NCBI GenBank assembly: GCA_043228905.1
Contig: JBHGNT010000001.1
Span: forward strand, 15,686,001-15,750,000
Direction of reading: 5' to 3'
From: Azolla caroliniana
Lineage: Eukaryota > Plantae > Polypodiophyta
DNA: 64,000 nt
The notes under the pieces were generated by a model. That model did no database searches, was not told the origin of the DNA, and saw only the letters and a list, made by a program, of their open reading frames with translations. Shown here in pieces: positions 1 through 13,511 of the stretch. Position 1 is the first letter of the stretch. Every line of letters starts with the position of its first letter. The translations under genes and the position numbers were made by a program.

Positions 1-732
1 AGATTATCCGGTAAGCAAAGCCCGAAGATGAAAGCAGAGAAGGCTGATATGATGAAGGTTCCATATGCCTTTGCCGTTGGGAGCTTAATGTACGCAATGG
101 TGTGTACCCGACTGGATATAGGATATGTAGTCGGACTGGTGAGCCGGTTTATAAGCAATCCCGGCAAGGAGCACTAGAACGCGGTCAAATGGATACTCCG
201 GTACTTGAAGGGCACTTTGAACATGTGTCTCCGATTCAGCTCCGGTAAACCTCACCTTGACGGTTTTACCGATTCGGACATGTCGACTGATGTGGATACT
301 AGCTGGTCTACATCCGGTTATGTAATGACATATGTAGGGGGAGCTGTTTCGTGGCAGTCGAGGCTGCAGAAGACGGTTGCGCTATCAACCACAGAGGCGG
401 AGTACATGGCATCTGTGGAAGCCGGCAAGGAAATATTATGGATGAAGGACTTCATCGGAGAGCTCGGTATTCAGCAAGATGAATATCGGCTCTACTGCGA
501 CAGTCAAAGTCTCATCCACCTTGCTAAGAATGCGGCCTACCATTCCTGGACAAAGTATATCCAGCGAAGGTATCACTGGATCCGGGAAAGAGTAGATGAC
601 CAGGAGTTCGCGCTGACGAAGATCCACATGGCCGAGAACGGGTCAGATATGCTGACCAAAGTACTAATACCCGACAAGCTGGATGCATGCCGGAAGCGGG
701 TCAGACTAGTAAGACATCCCATGCCGGAGTGA
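1..732 (+). pseudogene. Ty1/copia pol 3' end (RT C-terminus + RNase H), degenerate
   Basis: VPYAFAVGSLMYAMVCTRLDI at the window start; ORF 205-732 has FTDSD..STSGYV..SWQSRLQKTVALSTTEAEY; in-frame stop at ~175; PPT GAAGGGGAAG at 731-740. Confidence 0.95.
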
Positions 733-742
733 AGGGGAAGTT

Positions 743-1310
743 TGTCAGGAAACAGGTCCCTCCGGATGAGGAGTACCCGGAAACGGAAGACCCGGTGAGA
801 ACCGGATGAGGAGTACCCGGCTAGGGAAGACCCGGTGAGAACCGGATGTGGTGTATCCGGCAAGCACCGGATGACGAGTACCCGGCTATGGAAGAGCCGG
901 TGAGAACCGGATGAAGGGTGCCCGGCAAGTGTCGAATGATGCAGGCCCGGTGAGAAGTGCTCACCAGATGAAGGGACATATTTGTAAATAGCCATAAAGT
1001 CATATTAGTATAAATATGACTTAGGGCAAACAAAGAATAGTGATGTTGTTGTTATTCTTGTTGGCACAAGATTAGTGCGTGCAATTGTGTACAGAGAGAG
1101 TGAGAGAGAGGAAGAGGTCGTTGCCTCTGTTGTAACCGCCGCTTGTGGCAAAGATAGAAAGCTCGAGGTCGTTGTTTCGGTGCTTTACCATTTTGTACAT
1201 TCTGACATAGTGATAGTTTGTAGTCTGTGGGCTGTTGTGGTTTTTCCCGTATTTGGGTTTTCCACGTAAACATCCTGTGTACTCTTGTCTTCACTGTGTC
1301 GTGCATTCAT
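743..1310 (+). mobile_element. copia 3' LTR, right end lost
   Basis: Starts TGTCAGG right after the PPT; TATAAATA at ~1009; homologous to LTRs at ~10985-11458 and 16612-17182; right boundary approximate. Confidence 0.8.
762..925 (+). repeat. ~40-bp tandem repeat in LTR U3
   Basis: CCGGATGAGGAGTACCCGG..GGAAGACCCGGTGAGAA units at 762, 802 and 867, plus shorter variants. Confidence 0.85.
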
Positions 1311-1319
1311 TATGTGTAT

Positions 1320-1503
1320 GATTCTAAGCTCGGTTGTGGCCGAGCGTTGCGCATAGGGAGCGTGTAGTTCCTGTCAATACGTTGATAGGTTACGGGGAAC
1401 ATTCTCCTACGCATTACGCATAGACGCCCCATTCGTTGTTCCACAACTAGTTGGAGGTCTAGGTCAAAGGACTGACTGCAAACCGTGTTCCTAATCGGTA
1501 ACA
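1320..1503 (+). mobile_element. 3' fragment of a gypsy LTR related to the 34261-34700 LTR
   Basis: TGATAGGTTACGGGGAAC...TTCGTTGTTCCACA..TTGGAGGTCTAGGTC..GTGTTCCTAATCGGTAACA matches ~34570-34700. Confidence 0.85.
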
Positions 1504-4250
1504 ATCGGTATTCAGCATACAATCGGAAGCTAACCGGGCTCACTCTAACTCAGCAAGATTTGGGAAGGCCGGCATAACGCACCTATCCAGAACCGGTTAC
1601 ATCCCCAAACTCTCCTTCTCAGATCACCAATTTTGCGAGCATTGCCAATACGGCAAATAGGTAGCCGCATCACACCCGACATCAGCACCAAGAGAATCGA
1701 GTCCCCTCGATTTGGTCCACTCGGACATCTGTGGCCCGATGCCACATTAGTCTCGCGGAGGTGCTTCATACTTCGTCAGTTTTATTGACGATTCGACTTG
1801 GAAGGTGTGGGCTTACCCCATTAGAACCAAAGATAAGGTGTTCTCAATCTTCTCCGAATGGCTTGCAATGGTCGAAAATGAGACCGGTTGGAAACTGAAA
1901 TGTCTCCGAACCGACAATGGAGGAGAATTCAAGTCAGAAGAATTCGTCAAATTTTGCCGGGAATGTGGCATTCGACGTGAATATATGGCACCCTATAGTC
2001 CAGAGCAGAACGGAATTGCTGAACGCATGAATCGAACGATTCAAGAACACATAGTATCCATGCTCCAACACTCCGAACTATCGGATGGCTTTTGGGCGGA
2101 GGCTCTACTTACGGCAGTACACATAATAAATATGTCGCCAAGTAGACCTCTAGGACTTCACATACCTCAGGAAATATGAACCGGCAATAAGCCGAATTAT
2201 GACAAGCTGAGGATCTTCGGTTGCAAGGCATACGCCCTCATATCGAAAGACGATAGCCGGAAACTCGAACCAAGATCAAGGAAATGCATTTTCCTTGGGT
2301 ATGGACCCAACGGCGAGATCGGATACGACTCTGGGACCCTTAGCACAAACAAATTGTCCGAAATTCGGACGTTGTGTCCAACGAGTCGGCTATGCATAAA
2401 ATGGCCAAAAGGCCTATTGAAGTCCGAAGGGTAATATTCTCCGAAATGCCAACCCTTCATGAAGTCCCAACCCACAATGCAAGATCAATTTCACAGGTAA
2501 CCGACACCTCCCGCACTGAATCCACTGATTCAGCACAACCGAGTGACTCGGCTTCCGACCAATCGACATTGCCACCCGGTGCAACTAGTCTAGTCGTACC
2601 TCGCAGATCCGAGAGACTGTCGCAACCTCCAGAGAGGTACTCTCCCGGAATTTTCTTTACCGACGCCGGCAAACCGACGTCTTACGAAGAAGCATCTGCA
2701 TCTGCCGATTCAGCCACATGGCATCTGGCAATGGAGTCGGAAATGCACTCCATTCGGGCAAACAAGACTTGGGACTTGGTCGAATTACCGAAGAATCGAC
2801 GTGCTCTTCCATGTAAGTGGGTCTATCGACTAAAAGAGACGTTTGACTCGACCAACCCAAAGTACAAGGCCAAACTAGTTGCGAAGGGATTTCAACAGGA
2901 ATATGGTGTCAACTTCGATGAAATATTTTCAGCACTGGTGAAAATGACGACCCTTCGTTTCATGCTCGGCATCGTGGCCGCCGACAACTTGGAGCTGATT
3001 CAGCTAGATGTAAAAACGGCATTCCTCCACGGTGACCTACAAGAGGAAATCTATATCGAGCAACCGAAAGGCTTTGTGGCATCCGGCCAGGAACATCTAG
3101 TATGCCGACTCAGGAAGAGTCTCTACGGCCTAAAACAGGCACCCCGACAGTGATACAAGAAGTTCGACGACTTCATCCAATCGATCGGCTTCTCAAAGAG
3201 CGATGAGGACCACTGTCTCTTCACCAAAACAGCTCAAGACGGGTCTCTTGTCTTCCTCATCATCTACGTGAATGACATGCTACTCTTCGGTCGGCATGCC
3301 GAAGAGTTCACTGAACTCGTTCGGAAACTGCGGTTGAAGTTTGCCATGAAGGACCTCGGTTCGGCAAGACACATACTTGGTATGAAGATTAGTCGGCATC
3401 GCGATAAATGACAACTTTTCTTGTCTCAAACCGACTACATCGGATGTGTCTTGGAACGCTTCAATATGCAATCGGGCAAGTCTGCTTCGACCCCGCTCCC
3501 CACTAACCTTCGGCTGTCTCAGCGAGACTGCCCGACACTCGGTACAGAGGGGGAAGATATGAAGTTGGTACCGTATGCAGCGGCAGTCGGCTCACTTATG
3601 TACACGATGGTCACAACACGGCCTAATATTTCTCACGTCGTAGGAGTCGTCAGCAAATTCATGCACAACCCCGGCCGATCGCACTGGAACGCGGTCAAGC
3701 ATGTGTTCAGATATCTAGCTGGCACAAAAGACCACGACATTCTTTTTGGCCCGAACTCAACCTCAGGCGTACTCGGTTATACCGACTCGGACTTCGCCGG
3801 TTGTGTGGACAGTTGGAAATCAACAACCAAATATTGTTTCAAATTCGGCAATGGAGCAATCTCGTGGAAGTCGAAACTTCAGGAGTGCACAGCCACCTCA
3901 ACGACCGAAGCGGAATATGTAGCTACATACGACGCGGCAAAAGAAGCTTTATGGCTTGGTCGGCTAGCGCACATGTTTCGACAAGTCGACCTCGACTCAG
4001 CTCCAGTTGTCTACAGTGACAGTCAGGGTGTTGTTGCTTTGTCAAAGAATCTGGTTCACCACAACGCCTCCAAGCATATCGTCGTTCGATATCACTTCAT
4101 TCGGGACTGCATCATTTCAGGGAAAATCGGTCTCGAGAAAATATCCACAACCGATAATGTCGCAGATGGAATGACCAAGTGTCTTTCGGCGGATCGATTC
4201 TGGTCCATTCGGCACTAGATGGGCGTAACGAAATATCGGTCTGGTTAAAG
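1504..4250 (+). pseudogene. Ty1/copia pol (GAG-pre-integrase, INT, RT, RNase H) with stops and frameshifts
   Basis: FCEHCQYGK; LVHSDICGP; LRTDNGGEF; QNGIAERMNRT; QLDVKTAFLHG; SLYGLKQAPRQ; YTDSDFAG; DNVADGMTK. Confidence 0.95.
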
Positions 4251-4349
4251 TCGGACACATAGCACAGGATGGTTTCGGACCACTGACATCGGTTCTTTAA
4301 GGATCGGCTTCAACTCTTCTGACCCGACCGGTTTGGTCTTCTATCTTCG

Positions 4350-6914
4350 GACGAATTTGCCGAGGCGTTTGCGGGCCATTTCATCTACTCCATTGGTGAT
4401 CTCTACTCCGGATATGACCAATTCCAGTTGGCAATCGACAGTCGTGACATTACAACCATGAGGACTCCGATCGGGCTCGTGTGGATGTGTACCTTACCTC
4501 AAGGTGCAACGAACTTGGTGGCTCATATGGTGAATGCCATGAACAAGGTCTTGAAGGATTGCATCATGGACATCACGATGCCATTCTTGGATGATATTAT
4601 GATAAAAGGATGTTCGGATGAGGAGAAAGATGAATCGAAAGATAAGGAAGGGTGTAGAAAGTTTGTCGCGGATCATATGAAAGATTGCGAGAAGGTGCTT
4701 CAAAGGCTCCAAGATGCGAATTTGACATTTTCGAGAGAAAAGTCCGCATTCGGCCAACCGGAGATCTTGGTGGTAGGTCACTTGTCTGGGGCATATGGCC
4801 GGAAGCCTTCGCCATCCAAGGTGAACACGATCTAGGACATGAAAGAAGAATGCGTAAACCAAACGGAGGTTTGAAGGTTCCTTGGAGCATGCACGTTTTA
4901 TCATATCTGGATTCCGCACTATGCTCATGGTGCCGAGCCATTATATGGACTACTAAAGAAAAGAATGATGTTCGAATGGCGAAGCAAGCATACAAACGCG
5001 ATGCGAAGATTGAAGAAACTACTTCTTGAAGCTCCAACACTAAGAAAGGCCGACTATACCGAAGGGAAGACGATCTATGTGACTGTAGATACGAGCCCAA
5101 CCGGAATCGGGTGGGTCATCAATCAAGAAGGAGAAGATAATGCGCGGTATGCCATCCGGTTCAGAGCAAAGGTTCTCAGCGAATGACAACGAGGATACGC
5201 CCAAGTCAAACAGGAACTTTGGGGTATTGTGTTGGCAGTGAAGACGGACAAAGACTACTTGATCGGGTTAGAAGTGATAATTGAAACAGATTGTCTCCTA
5301 ATCCGCAAGATGATCTCAGGATGTGCGACACCAAATCTAGCTATGCTAAGGTGGATCACTTATATTAAATCTTTAAACCTAGAGATCCGCCACATTGCAG
5401 GAAAGATGAACACCATCGCTGACATGTTGTCGAGGGCAAGATTTGAGAATGAAGGTGACATGGTTTCGGAAGATGAAGACATCACCCTTGACCTCTTCAA
5501 GATGGCTCGACTATCGGCAAAAGACAAGGGCACGCTAACCCTCCAAGCCTTCAACGAGGACAAGTACAAAGGGGAGTGGTTACTAATCGGCAGATTCCTA
5601 AGATCAATGACGACGGATGCTTCGTTGACGAAGGAGGATGCCCTACGAATCCGGAAGAAATCTTACCAATACTTCTTGAAGGGAGGATTCCTTTGGCGAC
5701 ACCCAAAAAGAAGGACAGGAATACCACATCGAGTGGTGGTGAAGAAAGAAGAGCAAGTGGTGGTAATGACCGAATTCCACGAGAGTGCATGGGCAGGTCA
5801 TAGAGGAACATGGGCGACATTCGAGAAGTTGAAGGAGAAGTATTGGTGGCCAAGCATGTACAAAGATGTACTCCATTTCGTGTCCACATGCGAAACATGC
5901 CAAGTACATTCGAATATACATCATCGTGATGAGCTACGACCGACATACCTGCTCACCATACACTTCAAATGGATGGTGGATCTGGTCTCAATGCAATTGG
6001 GAGTGGGACAAATGAAGTACTTAGCTCTGGCAAGAGAAGACTTGACAAATCAAGTGGAAAGACGGGCCTTGACAAATAAGACGACGTCGACTGTTTGCAA
6101 ATTTCTACTCGAAGAGGTTGTCTGCCGATACGGATGTGTGGGAAAGATAGTTGTCGACCGAGGGGAGTTGGATGCACATGAAGCAACAGAGCTTTTCAAA
6201 CGACTAGGCGTGAAGCTCTGCCTCACGATTGCCTACAATCCAGAAACGAATGGGAAGATCGAGCGAGGGCATGGACCTATCGTCAAAGCCATCGTACGAG
6301 CATGCAATGGTCGAGTCGGGAATTGGCCACGACTATTGCTCTATGCCCTGTGGGCTGACAGAATGACACACAACTCGGTGATAGGGTATATGCCAACGAA
6401 GCTTATGTATGGACAAAAGCCGGTAATGCCCATCGAAAGGATGATCGCCTCATGGGTAGCAATACCATGGGAGAACGAGATGAGCCGAGAAGAGTTATTA
6501 GCGGCATAGATAAGGCAACTTGAAAGAAGACCTGAAGATCTAGAAAAAGCGCGAAAGATGATGGAGGCAACCCAAGTGAAGAAAAAAATTCGGTTCGACA
6601 AGATGCATCGACTGCGTCCCAAGAAAATCGAAGAAGAACATTAGGTATTGGTCTATGACAGTAGCCTTGACAATCAACACAGTACAACGAGAAAGTTCAC
6701 AAGAACATGGTTCGGACCGTATGTGGTGACAAGTGCCAACGATAATGCCACATACCACCTTGCGAAGCTAGACGGATCAAGGTTGGTTGTACCCATTGCG
6801 GGGAAAAGAGTAAAGATTTTCAAGAAAAGACAAGACGAGGATCCTGACCACGATCACCCCGAAGATGAAGATAATAGGATGGATGTGAATGAGGACGTGG
6901 AAGAATCTTATTGA
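4350..6914 (+). pseudogene. Fungal-type Ty3/gypsy pol (RT-RNase H-INT), 5'-truncated
   Basis: DLYSGYDQF, TLPQGATN, PFLDDI, VTVDTSPTGIG, GHRG..C..C, NGKIERGH, WFGPY; closely homologous to 59920-62851. Confidence 0.93.
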
Positions 6915-6986
6915 TCACTGTAGCTGAAATCTCGCACTCTCTCTTCTTGGGACGTACCGGAGGACGTGCGGTTTGGTGGGGCTGGA

Positions 6987-8183
6987 TGTCGTGAAGATTT
7001 TTGGCGATAGTGTGAAACTTGTGAGGAACATATGAAATCGAGTGTGGTTCTTCTCACGAAATATAAAACAATAATAGTGAAGATACTATTTTAAATAAGT
7101 TTAATATCTTGGTACAAAAAGATGGAGGTCTTGAAGAGCTTTTGAATGCACTTTGCTACATAACAAACAATCAACTAAGTGTGAAGTTATGTGGGTATGA
7201 AGTTGCGAAAAAAGAAAAGAAAAGAAAAGAAAAACAAACTTGTGAGATGTCCCACATAGATAGGACAAACAAGGATCCTACAATATATAAAGCAAAGCCA
7301 AAAGCTATTATTTTGTGTTTATGTGTGGAGCATAGAAAGTTCAAGTTGACTTGAATCAAGCTAATCAAATGAATGGGTGTGGCCTAGCTACTTGCAAAGG
7401 TTTTGGCCAATCAAAACCGGACCGGCGGCGGCCGGCATCCGGCATCTGGCAACCAATGGCGGCAACCGGAATCGAAACCGGCTTGGGATGCAGACCAGGT
7501 CGAGATGCGATGACTAGCTAGTGACGGAACCGGTTAGGGTTGCGAAGCAAACGGGTGCAAATCAGACGAATAGGTTGATCGCGGTGCATGGTGTCTTAAA
7601 GATATTTGGTGTAATTACAAGACCAAAAGTCTAATAGTAATTTGTATTTGTGCTTTAAAAAGGGATGTATGCAAGACTTGAACATTGCACCTCTAAGTTG
7701 TATGCAAGAATTGAACATTGCACCTCTAAGTTGAGAGTCTATAGGCTTACCATTAAGCCAAATCATTTTCTTTAAAGATATATTTTTTATCATTATACTT
7801 TTACATGTAATTCTCCTACATGAGAGCTTAGATGATGACATGGCAAGCATGCATTTCATGCATTCCGTGCATGTCTTGCACCCTCACATGCACCATATGT
7901 ATGGGGGCATCTATAAAAGAGTGGAGGAATCAGGCAAAGAGGGAAGGGGAAAAAAAAATTGGAATGTAAATTTTGGGGAAAATAATAAGAAAACTCGTTA
8001 TCCTATTGATATATCTTGTCTCTCAAATCTAAAGTCAAGCGTTCAATCTTTATCTTAATCTCTCTCTTTCAATCTATCTTAAATACTTTCTCACTAAAGC
8101 TAGTGCAAACTTCGAATCCTTCCGGTCCAGGACCCCGGTGGTTCCGCCTCACGATCTGCACCTAGTGACGGATCTTCACGACA
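6987..8183 (+). mobile_element. 3' LTR (~1.2 kb) of the fungal-type gypsy
   Basis: TGTCGTGAAG...CTTCACGACA terminal inverted repeat; G-rich tract GGTGGGGCTGGA upstream; TATAAAA at ~7912; 33-bp internal duplication at ~7668-7732. Confidence 0.88.
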
Positions 8184-9040
8184 ATGTCTCGAATGTGGCT
8201 AAGTATGTGCTCGTGGACACATGTTGCTAAACAATACATGACTTGACTCGTCGCTTGCTCCCATGTTGAATAGTCGGCGGTCATTGAGTCGAGTCGATTT
8301 TCTTGTGCGTCGTTGATGTAGCTCTAATACCATTGGCCGACAAGGTATTGGTTCATCTTGTACTCCCAAGATGAATAATTGCTCGGTCTAGCCTTTCACT
8401 AGGGAGTGAGCTACCCATTTGTGTGTTCATTTGGATGTAGCGTCTTCCTTTTTTGATATCCTTCCCTCGATCACGTACTCGTGCTACATAACAGTACTAC
8501 GGTAGCGGATAGACGGAATTTGTCGTCGGCTTCTCTAACACAATTACGGAGTCGGGTGGGCTTAGTGGATTTTCTAAACCACACACTCTGATACCATGTT
8601 AAGAATTAGGTAATTAAGTATAGGTTAATTAGTACCTAATTATGTGATTAAGTTAATAAGCGGAAGATTAAGAGATATGTGTGTGTTGTGTGTGAGAGGA
8701 AGAAAGAGTGAGGAAGTTAACACTTATGAACAACACAAGATGAGGGATGATTAACTCTATATTAAATTAGCATTATCATCATCAAATACAAAAATACCCA
8801 CAATGAGGTATATATAGATCTCATGTGCAAGGGTGCACATGTGTGAGGAGAATATAGGTACAAGGGTGTAAGTCCTATATTAAATGTACTTGGGAGTGGA
8901 GGATCTAGAATATCTCACTTAAGTACAAGGTCCTATTTAAAACATTACAGTCAACACTTGTAACTAGATTCTATCTAGGTAACTACGAAGTTACATGGTT
9001 GACTAACTAACTAAACTAAGTTGAGCTTGATCTCTCAACA
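8184..9040 (-). mobile_element. copia 5' end: LTR 8597-9040, tRNA-iMet primer-binding site (PBS) 8586-8596, gag start
   Basis: CTCTGATACCA abuts the LTR; minus strand reads MGSSLPSERLDR..SSWEYKMNQYL, homologous to 28501-28827; same LTR family as 56067-56513. Confidence 0.9.
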
Positions 9041-9044
9041 CAAG

Positions 9045-9845
9045 ATGTACAATTTCCTCGACGGCTTTAGTGGGTACAACCAAATTCAGATGCACCCGGA
9101 CGACTAGGAGAAGACCTCGTTTGTCACCGAATGGGGCATTTTCGTGGCGATCGTTATGATGTTTGGACTAAAAACGGCACTGACAACCTTTGAGCTGATT
9201 ATCACAGAAATTTTTGAGGAATACATCCCTACTTTCTTGTAGGTCTTTTTGGATGACTTCATTGTTTATGGCTGCCGGTGGGCGCATCTTGACTATTTAC
9301 GCTTGTGCCTCAACTACTGTTGAAAAGTACGATTAAGCCTCAATCCGGCAAAATGCAGATTCAGCGTCTCCAGCGACGCCCTACTAGGACATATAGTTAG
9401 CCATGAAGAGATTGCAGTAGATGCCGACACAGTAAACGCCATCCTCGTAGCCCCAACATCGGGAAGCGCAAAAGCCGTTAGCTGATTCTTAGGTCAGATT
9501 AGGTGGCCTATTTCGTGACCCCTCTACACGCGACGGTCCACCACCTTCCCTTTCAATGGAGTTCTACCGGGGATGAGGCATACAATGCCTTGAAAATTAT
9601 GTTTTCCCAGGCACTCGTTGTCCAACCACGACATTCGGCACAACCCCTCCACTTGTTTGTTGATGCCTCGGATGTGGCAATTGGCAGCGGCCTTATGTAA
9701 TTGAAGACTCTTAACTGGTATCGACCAGTTTATAATTCCAGTCATTGTCTCTAGGCTGGGGAAAAGAATTATATGATAATGGAGAGAGAGGCCCTTAGGA
9801 TGATCTACAGTAAAACCAAGTTTCGACACTATTTACTTGGCTCAA
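9045..9845 (+). pseudogene. gypsy RT/RNase H fragment of the 45361-55379 group
   Basis: MMFGLKTA, VFLDDF, LLGHIVS, VDASDVAIG, EREALRMIYS..KFRHYLLG; parallels 50394-51540. Confidence 0.88.
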
Positions 9846-9849
9846 AACT

Positions 9850-10740
9850 TAGAGCCGGATCTCTCTTCATCGTTGACTTTCGCTTTCAGGGCCTCTTATG
9901 GTTCTCGAACCAAGGTTTCGACATCAAACTTCGTCAAACCATCTCGTTTTGTGCCTACTTCCTGTTGTGATGACGCCCTATCGCACACCTTCTTCCTTTC
10001 ACCGCTTGCGGGCTGCACCTTATCCAATCGTCCGCATACCCTCTGTACTTCCAACCAATCTTTGTTGAGGCCATTCACTCCATCATCTACTTCAAGCTCG
10101 AGCCCGATGGCCATCCGTTCCTTTCGGTCGATCAACCTTACGAACAGGAGGACTTTATGCACCCCCACCAGTCTTTGTTCTTACTCCAGGAACCGATCAA
10201 AGCGCCGCTCCAACTCCATGAAGGCCTTTGTCGCTCTCCGATGGATCTTCACCGATGCCACCCACTGGTCGAAATCGCACCGACCCCGACTTTTCAACCA
10301 CCTTTTGTGTGCCTCCAAGAGTGCCTCTTCGGAGGCCTCCAACAAAATCTTAGCTTCTCGGAGTTCCTTTACCTCTACGTGCATTCGGACGGGTACAACC
10401 CGACAGAAGAATTCCAACCTCAACGCCTCGTCTACGTCTCACACCACCATTTCCGCGTTGTAGGCTTCCAAATAGAATGGGACTTTGTCCCCGTTACAAC
10501 GGTTGACTAGATCAACCATGCTCTCGACAACTTCTTGCACTGCTTCTCATCTCAATGCCAATCATCAGAACTCATTCACTACTTTTGCCATCATCTCTCT
10601 AAGGTCATCATCTTCCAACTCCATCCTCCCTTGCCACCCTTTCACGTCGGGTTTCCCAAAGATGTCGCGGAAATCCACGGGTACATGTCTGATGGGAGCA
10701 GGACCACCGATGTCTTGGACCGGAGAGAGACAGATCTAGG
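9850..10740 (-). pseudogene. probable gag remnant, likely of the fungal-type gypsy
   Basis: Minus strand reads ..NGDKVPFYLEAYNAEM..LRLEFFCRVV..DFDQWV..FMELERRF, broken by stops; family assignment inferred from motif resemblance. Confidence 0.55.
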
Positions 10741-10984
10741 AGAATCGAGCTTCGCCGGTGTTTGTTACACTACCTGGAGCATTTCTGGATACATACCCGA
10801 GGCAATCCAATGAGAAGAGAGAAACGCACATGCACACATACTGTATACAGAAAACCGGAAAAGAAAGGAACGCACCCGACACCGACAAAGATACAGCTAT
10901 GCACAATTAAGATATATATAAATGATCAACCGATTAGATTATATCTCCAGCTTCGAGCCGGACCTACAGACCAGATGCAACGAA

Positions 10985-13510
10985 TGTCTACAGGTAAGCC
11001 TCCAGTCAGGGAGCACTTGGAAGGGGCCCGGCCGGATCCGATGTTAAACATGAGAAGGGACATATTGGTAAATATGTTTGTATATGCCATTGAGGCCATA
11101 TTTGTAAATAGCCCGAAAGTTATATAAGTATAAATATAACTAGGGCAATACTATTGTTATGATCTAGATATGAGTGTTGTACATAGGGAGAGAGAGAGAA
11201 ACAATAAACATTTTCTGTTGTAACTGTCGGTTGGCAAAGACAGAGCTTGAGGTCGTTGCCTCAGAGTCTCAAATTGTAGCATCTTTCTCTCATAGTGATA
11301 GTTAGAGTCTGTGGGCTCTTGTGCTTTTTCCCTAGAAAGAGTTTTCCACGTTAACATTTGGTGTGATCCCTTCCATCTTGTTAAGTGCATTGTTATTGTC
11401 TGTTCAATTTTCCATTTCCATTGGGGAACTTGCTGGTGGACAAGCACTATTTCCATCAGTCGGGTATCAGAGCAAAGTTCCCAACTTCAAACAAAAATGG
11501 AAGATTCATTTGGAGGCATGTTCAAGCTCACCAGCTCCAACTACCTAGTATGGAAATCGAAGATGAGGGACATGTTGGTGGTCAAAGATCTCTGGTTGCC
11601 GGTACAGTTTGGAGATGCAAGGCCAGACAAGATAGATACTCCAACTTGGAAGGTAATGCACATGAAGACAACAACCTACATTCGATGCTTCATCGATATG
11701 AGCCTGTACAATAACTTCATGAGCTCTCGAAGAAGATAGGCATCATGTTTGAGAACAAGAATGTTGTAAATCGAGTCTCAGTATTTCGGAAGTTAGTGAG
11801 ACTCAGATATCAATACAATTCTAGCATGCCGGAACACATGAATGACTTCCAAGGGCTTATAAATCAGACTACCTTGTTGGAGGTACCTCTAGCCGATGAG
11901 GTACTCGCGTTGTTACTATTCGGCTCCCTCCTAGATAGTTGGGAGACATTAGATGTCAGTCTGGGCAATGTCGGCCCGGAAGGAAAACACATGTCCCTAG
12001 CGAGAGTAAAATCAAGCTTGCTGGATGAAGAGGCTCGTTGGAAATACAAGGAAGTGATATCCGACTCAAAAGCCCTAGTTACCGAAACTGACACACAACG
12101 AGGGAGAGACCGGAATCAAAGTCCCCAGAACCGGGAAAAGTTGGGGACGAGTTCATAGTCAAGGGGGAGGCCCACGTGCTTCTATTGTGGGAAGCCTGGG
12201 CACTTCCAGAAAAACTGTCGACACTTCCAGAAGGAGAAAGGGGGAGCAGACAATGCCGACTCGGAGAAGTGTGTGTACCGGAAGAGTTCGGATCGGAAAG
12301 GACACTTCCAGAAAAACTGTTGACACTTCCGAAAGGAGCAAGATGTAACCGAAAATGCCGAATCGGAGAAGGTTCTGGACTGGAAGAGTTTGGATCGGAA
12401 AAGAACATCAGCAATCGCAACAAGTGAAGAAGAACTGTTGCTTATCACCTAGGAGAGCGAACTATACCTTGTAAGCGACTCAATGGCGTGGGTGGTCGAC
12501 TCCGGAGTGTCATTCCATCTGACTCCCGAGGGGAAGTGTTTTGCATCCTATATAGCCGGAGATCACGACTGTGTGAGGATGGAGAATGAAAGTGCAAGCC
12601 GAATTGTCGGCATAGGAGACGTGTGGCTGACAATGTCAACCGAGTACAAGTTACTTCTGAACGATGTTCGTCACGTTCCGGAGGTTTGATTGAACCTGAT
12701 ATCAGACGGTCGGCGATGATGAAGGCTACATGGGTAGCATCTGGAACGGAGTCATGAAGTTCACCAAAGGAAGCTTGATCATATCTTGAGCCCGAAAGAC
12801 CAACACCTTTTACCTGATGCATGCCCGGATCGGCCGGGAGGAAGTAAATGTTGCATCTGACACTGTCGGTTAGCTATCGCACAAGAGGTTGTGTTACATG
12901 AGCCAGAAAGGGATGAGAAGACTTGCCAAGGATAACCTCATTCCAGAGGTGAAAGATGTGCAGCTTGAGAGGTGCATTGACTGTTTGGCCGACAAGCAAA
13001 ACCAAACCACCGACAAGACGGAAAGAACCACTAGAGCTCATGCATACTGATGTATGCCAAGTGGACATGAAATCACATGATGGGCCACAGTACTTCATGA
13101 CGTTCCTAGATGACCACAACCAAAAGCTGTTGATCTCACCTCTGAAGACGAAGGATCATGTGCTAACCACCTTGAAGGAGTTCCATGCAAGAGTGGAAAG
13201 AGAAACCACTCGGGAGCTTCAAACAATTCGAGCATACAACAGAGGCGAATATCGAGAGTAGTTTGAGGATTATTGCCAGTCACACGGAATCCGGCTCAAA
13301 TTCACTGTGCCGAAGACACCGGAGCTGAATGAATTGGCCGAAAGGATGAACCGAACAGTGATGGAGAGAGTCTGGAGCATGCTTGCACATGCTAAGTTGC
13401 CCACGACATTTTGGGATGAGGCATTAATGATAGCGAAGTATGTGGTAAACACATTACCCTCAACACCCTTGGAAGGAGATACACCACAGAGAGTATGGAC
13501 CAGTAAGACG
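10985..13510 (+). mobile_element. copia 5' half: LTR to 11458, PBS ~11462-11473, degenerate gag-PR-INT
   Basis: LTR ends CTATTTCCATCA, followed by GGTATCAGAGC; KLTSSNYLVWKSKM; zinc knuckle CFYCGKPGHFQKNC with a ~102-bp tandem duplication (12201-12410); WVVDSG; AERMNRT; LTR start approximate. Confidence 0.88.
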
Positions 13511-13511
13511 T

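Noticed and set aside
1504-1516. ATCGGTATTCAGC as a tRNA-iMet PBS after the LTR end at 1503
   Set aside because: Poor match, and the downstream sequence runs almost immediately into the copia pre-integrase region with no leader or gag. More likely the target flank of a gypsy LTR.
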